Shown: positions 58,087-64,000 of the stretch, in pieces | How positions within the stretch are numbered: position 1 is the first letter of the stretch | Layout: each line of letters starts with the position of its first letter | From: Candidatus Latescibacterota bacterium | Lineage (GTDB): Bacteria; Latescibacterota; UBA2968; UBA8231 | Assembly (NCBI GenBank): GCA_965242865.1 | Contig: CBDETK010000013.1 | Span: 1,952,001 to 2,016,000 of the forward strand | Direction: 5' to 3' | Length of the DNA: 64,000 nucleotides | Program-made: the position numbers and the translations under genes | Notes under the pieces: model-generated | Database searches by the model: none | What the model was told of the DNA's origin: nothing | What the model saw: only the letters and a program-made list of their open reading frames with translations

Positions 58087-58359
58087 TTACGGATTGCGAG
58101 CGTACGATGCTTCTCGGTTTTGTCTTGAGGATTCTAGGTTCCCGTAAAGGGCCATCGCAGCAGCAGTGATGGCGGCGTCAGCCGCTAACGCAATGCCTAT
58201 CAGTGCCCAAGGAAGTGCTCCGCCCTTGATATCCTGAGCCTCAGAAGGCGTAATAGGCTTTGAAACGATCTCACTGTTGCTGGGTGCGATACTATAGGCG
58301 CACAAGCCCAAGGCTGTCGCCAGAGCTGTTACACCTTTAGTTTTGATAAGTTTAGTCAT
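58087..58359 (-). CDS. Putative bacteriocin/RiPP precursor with double-glycine leader
   Basis: AAAGGAG RBS; ITPSEAQDIKGG matches the LSxxELxxIxGG consensus; 43-aa core ALPWALIGIALAADAAITAAAMALYGNLESSRQNREASYARNP; adjacent to a C39 peptidase. Confidence 0.75.
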   Translation of the reverse strand: MTKLIKTKGVTALATALGLCAYSIAPSNSEIVSKPITPSEAQDIKGGALPWALIGIALAADAAITAAAMALYGNLESSRQNREASYARNP

Positions 58360-58417
58360 GATGTTCTCCTTTCTTTAGGAAGAAGATGACAACCCTTACC
58401 TCCACATGGTGAATATT

Positions 58418-58963
58418 TTATTTTTTTGTCAATATCAAAGTCTCTCCTTTCCATATACGATTGAATGCCCCTTTTCCAATTCTGAGCCTGCCGATGGCTG
58501 GATCCCGCAAGATGACCTCACCGTGTTCGTTGATCTGGTCTAATACCGCAAAGTGGCCATCCTCAACAAAGACTACCGCAGGAAGCGGTTTGCTCTGTAG
58601 GTCATCTATATTTAGCCTCCAAGTTTCAGCATGTACTCCTTGACTTTCAGCGTATTCCATCAACTCGAATAGGGAAGAACCTGTCTCGTCTAATTTAATC
58701 ATGTCTTCAATATCTGTAAGCTCGCGGTTTATACCTAGGCTATCCAAGACCATTTTAAGAGCTACAGGACCACAATTCATCTTACGTGTTTGTAGAATGA
58801 CTCCTTCTGTTCCCTTGTATTCTGCACCTTTCAACCATGCCGCCAAGTTACGGTATATGATTTCACTCGTAATGGATCCGGCGACTAATTGCAAGGTAGC
58901 AGCAAAAAAAATGACTAATACTATTGCTGCTCCAATCGTTAATTTACTTTTCCAAGATGTCAT
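58418..58963 (-). CDS. Stand-alone C39 cysteine peptidase with N-terminal signal/anchor
   Basis: QTRKMNCGPVALKMV (Q, C), GHFAVL (H), RDPAIG (D); hydrophobic N-terminus; no ABC domains. Confidence 0.9.
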   Translation of the reverse strand: MTSWKSKLTIGAAIVLVIFFAATLQLVAGSITSEIIYRNLAAWLKGAEYKGTEGVILQTRKMNCGPVALKMVLDSLGINRELTDIEDMIKLDETGSSLFELMEYAESQGVHAETWRLNIDDLQSKPLPAVVFVEDGHFAVLDQINEHGEVILRDPAIGRLRIGKGAFNRIWKGETLILTKK

Positions 58964-58991
58964 AATTGAAGGTATCTTTTGTGATAGTACA

Positions 58992-61505
58992 CTATAGGGC
59001 TGGTTCTTGAACAGCCTTTATTTTTTTTTCGACTCGGTCAGCGTAGCTATACATATCTATTTCGACGAAAATTTTTGCCGCCATCGTCCACAAGGCGACA
59101 GCTTTTGCTTTTGACTCTTTTTCGGCAGCCACATCTCCCATACCTGTATAGGCAAGTCCCCGTCCCAGTTCGTCTCCGATCCTTTTGCATATAGACAAGG
59201 CTCTACTGTAACAAGATTCGGCTTCACTCCACTGTCCTCTAAGCTGATGTATCTCGCCCAGACTGGAAAGCCCGTAGGCGGTGCCCTTTTCGTCATTCTC
59301 GGCTTCGTATATCCCCAGTGCAGTCTTCTGCTCTTGGTGCGCGTCTTCATATTGTCCGCATTGGATATATACGAGACTTAAAGTAGTTCGGGCTGCTGCA
59401 ATAGTTTGCTGATTAGGCGAGTCTTGAGTGAGACGTAGGTAATTGCATAAGAATTCCTTGGCTTTATCAAATTTTTTACTATGAGCGTACAATTTTCCAA
59501 GCGATAAATAGCACTCAGTCACATCGGACGACATACCTATACGTTCAAATAGACTTATAGAGTGATGCAGGTAGGATTCTGCCAGAGGAAAATCTCCACG
59601 ATAGAAATGTACATTCGCCAGTACCTTATATGAGTACGCTTTTCCCTTTTCATCCGCCAAATTTTGATTAGCCTCTAAGGCAGCTTTGCCGTATTCTAGT
59701 GCTTTTTCCATATTTCCCATTAGAAGGTGTATAGAAGAAGACAATCCATAATGCAATGCCAATCCCCCTTTTCTATCCATCTTTTTATCTATGTCAATAG
59801 CCTGTTCCAGTAAAGTATGTGCTTCGTGGATACGGCCTTGAATTTTTCTTAAATTTGCAAGTGAATTGTACTGGTTAGCAATTCCCTCGGAGTCTCCGAT
59901 TTCTTTGTAAATAGCTAAAGATTCCTCGTAAAGTTTCTCTGCTGAATCCAAGTCGTCTTTTAGAAGATGCACAGTACCCAAGTTGCTGGTAACCAAGGCA
60001 TAATCTTCTCGACAATTTACTTTTTTGTGAAGACTCTGTCCTTTAATATAAAAATCCGCAGCTTCGGCGAGATTTCCTTGTAGCTGCGCGATAAATCCTT
60101 TGCAGGTATATCCTACGGCTAGCTTCCTTGTACTTTCATCATCCTCAGCTTGTGAAAAAATTGATATGGCCTCATCATAACATTGATCTGCCCTGTCTAA
60201 TTCGCCTTTCAGCTCATAAACTTTGCCTTCGGAGATCAGTATGTTAGCCAATCCTGTAGCTGTACTACCCCGAAGACGATTCGCTTCTTTTGCCAATTCG
60301 ATTTGAGATAAGGCGGATTCTAGACGACCGTTCTGCCAGTGCTCGTCAGCAGAGGCTAAAATGATTTCCCATTCTTCGGGATCACCTTGCTGGTCAACTC
60401 GTTCAAATACCTCGCTTTCAGCAGGGCTAAATTTGCAATGAGTAGGAAGCTCGGTATCTAGGTTGAGCTGTGGGAGCACATCCAAGATCTCTTGATACTC
60501 TTTTCTGTCTGCTGCAGAGATGGTTCGGTAGATATGGTCAAATTCAATCAGACTGTCTATAACTGACTCCTCTGGAAGAAAAGGATTAGGCCACAGATGC
60601 GCCCACCAGAAGTGGATCAGACGCACCAAGGGATCGCTATGTTTGCGGGCTATGTACTCAACCGCGGCGTACCGCTTTGTGCTCTCGGCTTTTGCCTTCT
60701 CAGGATCGGAGAAATTATGATGATGGTACAGGTGATAAGAAGAGGCCTGGACACTGATAAATTGTCCACCCGCCGCCCCTAGGCGGTAGCCAAGTTCCCA
60801 CCCTTCACAGAAAGGTATGGCATCATCGAATCCCCCTACTTTTTCTAGCAGCTTTAACGGTATGGCCATATTGTGAGGGTATAATCCAATCCAGCCTAGG
60901 GCCGGTTCTGCGATGGTTTCGTAAAGATCGTGAAATTCCCTCTGCATAGTACGGACTTCTTCAAACGGATAGCCTCCTTCCACTGCTTTTTCGGTAATAC
61001 TCTCGAACTCATTGCACACCATACTCTCTGTGACAATCATCTTATCTCGGTGTAGCTCTAAGCACCGACGCAGTGAATAAGGCAGTGAGGTATCGGCGAG
61101 TGAACCTGTCTGAGGATTTTGGAAATACTCTAGGTCGGGAAGGACATATTGATAGCCACATAATACTGACTTCTGACCATTCTCTTTATAGGCTTCTAAG
61201 TAGCACTGGAGTAGTTCCGGGGCTGGTAATGCATCTCCATCCAAGAAAACGACCAACGAGCCTAGTGCCCGTTCAACCCCTCTATTCCGTGCTCGGCATC
61301 GGCCCTGATTCACTGCAAAACACTCAACTTTGAGGTTATGCATCCTTCGCGATTCGAGCATTGCTCCGGTCCCGTCTGTAGAACCGTCATCAACTACTAC
61401 TATTTCAAAACGATCGCTTGGAATATTCTGATTTTCTAAGCCACTTAACACGAGACGGAGACGGTCTTTCTGGTTATACGTGGCTATGATTACACTTATA
61501 TCCAT
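58992..61505 (-). CDS. Family 2 glycosyltransferase with long C-terminal TPR array
   Basis: MDISVIIATYNQ, VVDDGSTDGT, ARNRG, FLDGD; about ten TPR-like units; ATG at 61505 overlaps the upstream TAA (TAATG). Confidence 0.9.
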   Translation of the reverse strand: MDISVIIATYNQKDRLRLVLSGLENQNIPSDRFEIVVVDDGSTDGTGAMLESRRMHNLKVECFAVNQGRCRARNRGVERALGSLVVFLDGDALPAPELLQCYLEAYKENGQKSVLCGYQYVLPDLEYFQNPQTGSLADTSLPYSLRRCLELHRDKMIVTESMVCNEFESITEKAVEGGYPFEEVRTMQREFHDLYETIAEPALGWIGLYPHNMAIPLKLLEKVGGFDDAIPFCEGWELGYRLGAAGGQFISVQASSYHLYHHHNFSDPEKAKAESTKRYAAVEYIARKHSDPLVRLIHFWWAHLWPNPFLPEESVIDSLIEFDHIYRTISAADRKEYQEILDVLPQLNLDTELPTHCKFSPAESEVFERVDQQGDPEEWEIILASADEHWQNGRLESALSQIELAKEANRLRGSTATGLANILISEGKVYELKGELDRADQCYDEAISIFSQAEDDESTRKLAVGYTCKGFIAQLQGNLAEAADFYIKGQSLHKKVNCREDYALVTSNLGTVHLLKDDLDSAEKLYEESLAIYKEIGDSEGIANQYNSLANLRKIQGRIHEAHTLLEQAIDIDKKMDRKGGLALHYGLSSSIHLLMGNMEKALEYGKAALEANQNLADEKGKAYSYKVLANVHFYRGDFPLAESYLHHSISLFERIGMSSDVTECYLSLGKLYAHSKKFDKAKEFLCNYLRLTQDSPNQQTIAAARTTLSLVYIQCGQYEDAHQEQKTALGIYEAENDEKGTAYGLSSLGEIHQLRGQWSEAESCYSRALSICKRIGDELGRGLAYTGMGDVAAEKESKAKAVALWTMAAKIFVEIDMYSYADRVEKKIKAVQEPAL

Positions 61506-63973
61506 TATAGAAACTCCACTCTCAGGTGATATTGGCACTTCAAATTTGAGATATGCTCCCATCCATCCTTACCTTCTATTAGGAAATAAGGTAGCGTCTT
61601 AGCAGAGTTGGAAAACATGAGTCGTTGGTTATCTAAGTGGCCAAAATAGTAGGAATCAAAAGATCGAGTATTTCGCTTTATGTATGTTTTTAGCTTAGGA
61701 TCTTCGACATTGTATTCGGTTATAGAAACTTCGCCGATAGCCATACTGAGGAATTCGACGGGTATCCAGCCCGCTTCTTCTAGATAAATTTCGGCCCACG
61801 TGTGGCCTACTATAGGCTCGTCTATACTTCTGTATTCGTACACCTGTTCAGAAATTGGGAATCCCAACAAGGTTCCACATCTCTCGCGAGCAGGAATACC
61901 GACCATTCTACATAGAGCTATAAAGGTTCTGGCAAAGTGAATACAATTGCCACCGATGTTATTCAGCAAAACAGCCGAACTATCAGCTAGACCCATCGCA
62001 GGTATCTTAGTCTTTCTGAATTTTTTAGTTCTGATTAACTTGCTGTAGAAGGCCCAGGCCAGTTCTTTTTTGTCGCAGGGCGCGGATGCTTCGAGTATCT
62101 CGGAAAGCACTTGCTCCAGTTCTGGCAGTTTGCCTAAAATTTCGTCGGTATATAAATATTTCGATCTCTCCCAGTCCGAAAGGATGTACTCGCCTCTACC
62201 TTTAGCATTATACTCACTGACCTCAAGTTCACAAGTATATGAAAAATTTGCCGAATTTGAGTTTACAGTGAAAGGATATGCATAGAAGAAGCCAAACTTG
62301 CTGCGTAAACAGTGTCTCATATTCTCTGGAAAACAGTCGATTAGACTAACTGCCTTTTGTTCTTTTGTCTCCAAAGGGTATGGCATAAAAACCCTTAACT
62401 GTTGATCTGGTTTTTCAGTAAAATCTATGTCGTAAGAGTAGGTTATTCTGTAACGTTGGGTATGATATTTTGAACGTACGTTGCCTATTTCGTCTATATC
62501 GAAAAAGACACGTCGTCTTTGATCACAGGCCTTGTACTCAGCCTCAAAAAATCGAGCTTCTCTTTCGTAGAGCCAATTCCAAGAGTCTATTTTGTCGAAG
62601 AAGTACTGATTGCCCTGTCGCCAGTGAGGTATCCCTTTTTTAATACCTTGCCGTAGCATTTTATGTAGTGATTCCATTGATAGAGTGGAAGGAGTAGTGC
62701 CATCGAGTTGCTGTAAGAATTCGTTTTCACTTACTAGAAATTTAGGATCGAAACTGAGTGCCGTGTACCGGTTCGTAAAATAATCATCTACCCAGTCTGC
62801 AACGACATCTCTTGCACACCATCGATTCAATAAATTGGCAAGAGCTTCCAATTGAATCTCCATCTTATCCCAGACACCGAGAGTTTTCCTTAGTATTTGT
62901 GTAATATTGTGATAACTAAATCTATCTGGATCTATTTTTAGGCCCAAATTAACCTCTTCGAGTCTATCGAGATGAAGCTCCTGATCTAAAGTGGTTGCTA
63001 TACCGATAGGCAAAACTCCATGAAGCAAAGCACTATATAGGGTCTCTATATCTAAATCTCCAACTATTACATGTATCCTTTCCCATGGCGGCTCTCTATA
63101 GATTCCATTCTCTACATGGCTGTCAGGCCGCTTTACTCCTCTGGTAGATTCTACTAGTAAACGATAAGGGAGTTCCACTCCAGATGCATCCTGTCTCAGT
63201 ATATCTTCTTTTAGGAGATTTTGGGGATCTTTTATATAGATGACAGGGAATGATCCATCCCGTTTGCGAAGCACCTTTCGTTTGCCTCTCTTTTTATCGG
63301 TAGTCGGCAAGAGGGGCCCTATGTAGTGGAACCCGTCAGCACCGAAATCTAGCGTGGGATATAGTTCGGGTATATCGGCGATTAGATAGTACTTATTCTT
63401 CTTCTTGATTTCGCCAGCTTTGTTTTTTAAGTACTCTGCAAACGTGTCTCTTGATGATAGAACAGATAGAGTCTGAAGAGGGATACGATAGCCTAGGCGA
63501 TCGTATCCTTGAATTACTTCAGCTTCGTCAATACCTTCCAAGTGTGCTGCAATTGAAGCAGTTGGTTTCAAGGAATGTATAATTAGATCAGGCTTATACT
63601 CCTCAATCAAAGACCGTTCGGATTCTACGCAAGAGTCGATCCATTCCGTATCACATGCTCTATAGTCCAATAGCTCAATCTGGTCTCTGTGAATCTCTAG
63701 CGGCAGCGTTTTAACACTGCATATTTCTTCTCCTTTTTGGAAACATTGCTCCGCCCAAGGTCCATCTCCTGCCAGCCGAACCTCATAGCCTCGGCGACGT
63801 AATTGTCGGGCAATCTCACAAGCTCGCCTAGTATGAACAGCACTACAACCATGGAACAGGACCATAATAGACAATGCGCTACGGTCTAATATACTGGTTT
63901 CCGATGCTCTTCTGAGGCTACTGCTCCACCACAATAACCTTGACACTAATTTTTCTCTGATAGATGTACGCAA
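61505..63973 (-). CDS. Fusion of a GT-B (GT1/GT28-like) glycosyltransferase domain and a transglutaminase-like domain
   Basis: HTRRACEIARQLRRRGYEVRLAG, HYIGPL, HGVLPIGI...DQ; GNCIHFARTFIALCRMVGIPAR, HTWAEIY...GWIPVE. The frame is open to the window edge, so the start (TTG with GAGG upstream) is uncertain. Confidence 0.8.
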   Translation of the reverse strand: MRTSIREKLVSRLLWWSSSLRRASETSILDRSALSIMVLFHGCSAVHTRRACEIARQLRRRGYEVRLAGDGPWAEQCFQKGEEICSVKTLPLEIHRDQIELLDYRACDTEWIDSCVESERSLIEEYKPDLIIHSLKPTASIAAHLEGIDEAEVIQGYDRLGYRIPLQTLSVLSSRDTFAEYLKNKAGEIKKKNKYYLIADIPELYPTLDFGADGFHYIGPLLPTTDKKRGKRKVLRKRDGSFPVIYIKDPQNLLKEDILRQDASGVELPYRLLVESTRGVKRPDSHVENGIYREPPWERIHVIVGDLDIETLYSALLHGVLPIGIATTLDQELHLDRLEEVNLGLKIDPDRFSYHNITQILRKTLGVWDKMEIQLEALANLLNRWCARDVVADWVDDYFTNRYTALSFDPKFLVSENEFLQQLDGTTPSTLSMESLHKMLRQGIKKGIPHWRQGNQYFFDKIDSWNWLYEREARFFEAEYKACDQRRRVFFDIDEIGNVRSKYHTQRYRITYSYDIDFTEKPDQQLRVFMPYPLETKEQKAVSLIDCFPENMRHCLRSKFGFFYAYPFTVNSNSANFSYTCELEVSEYNAKGRGEYILSDWERSKYLYTDEILGKLPELEQVLSEILEASAPCDKKELAWAFYSKLIRTKKFRKTKIPAMGLADSSAVLLNNIGGNCIHFARTFIALCRMVGIPARERCGTLLGFPISEQVYEYRSIDEPIVGHTWAEIYLEEAGWIPVEFLSMAIGEVSITEYNVEDPKLKTYIKRNTRSFDSYYFGHLDNQRLMFSNSAKTLPYFLIEGKDGWEHISNLKCQYHLRVEFL

Positions 63974-64000
63974 TTGAAATATACCTCTGGTTGAATGATC

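Larger units (their letters stand above)
56300..64000. other. AT-richer genomic island, extends beyond the window
   Basis: Visible drop in GC and loss of GC3 bias right after the helicase stop; far fewer long shadow ORFs in the six-frame track. Confidence 0.75.

Noticed and set aside
58300-58311. Precursor as a lipoprotein (LGLC)
   Set aside because: Leu at -1 does not fit the lipobox ([GAS]-C). Not strictly excluded.
58087-58359. Classification as classical glycocin, lanthipeptide or lasso peptide
   Set aside because: The core has no Cys; no thiol-disulfide oxidoreductase, Lan enzyme or lasso cyclase is in view.

Overview
Bacterial window, mostly GC-rich. The gene content (FlgD-Ig-tailed secreted proteins, a DUF6785-like transporter, several PhyH dioxygenases, an internalin-like LRR, ASPIC/UnbV, sulfotransferases) suggests a Latescibacterota/Gemmatimonadota-like, possibly host-associated lineage; this is inference. 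The housekeeping backbone is carB-TPR-pyrK-pyrD, nnr, an M20 peptidase, an aroK-like gene, fbp, gltX and a DEAD-box helicase. It is interspersed with two restriction-modification loci, MITE-like elements, an IS630 remnant and several toxin-antitoxin modules whose toxins are deleted while the antitoxins are intact. A ~20 kb envelope locus (33.6-53.4 kb) carries three FlgD-Ig paralogues. The most notable feature is an AT-richer minus-strand island from ~56.3 kb to the window edge that looks like an unusual RiPP/bacteriocin cluster. It encodes a GT-B glycosyltransferase/transglutaminase fusion, a GT2-TPR glycosyltransferase, a stand-alone membrane-anchored C39 peptidase, a 90-aa Cys-free-core precursor with both a signal-like N-terminus and a double-glycine leader, a CPBP (Abi/CAAX) protease and a Yip1 protein. 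No tRNA, rRNA or CRISPR array was recognised. All calls come from motif reading by eye; no searches were run.
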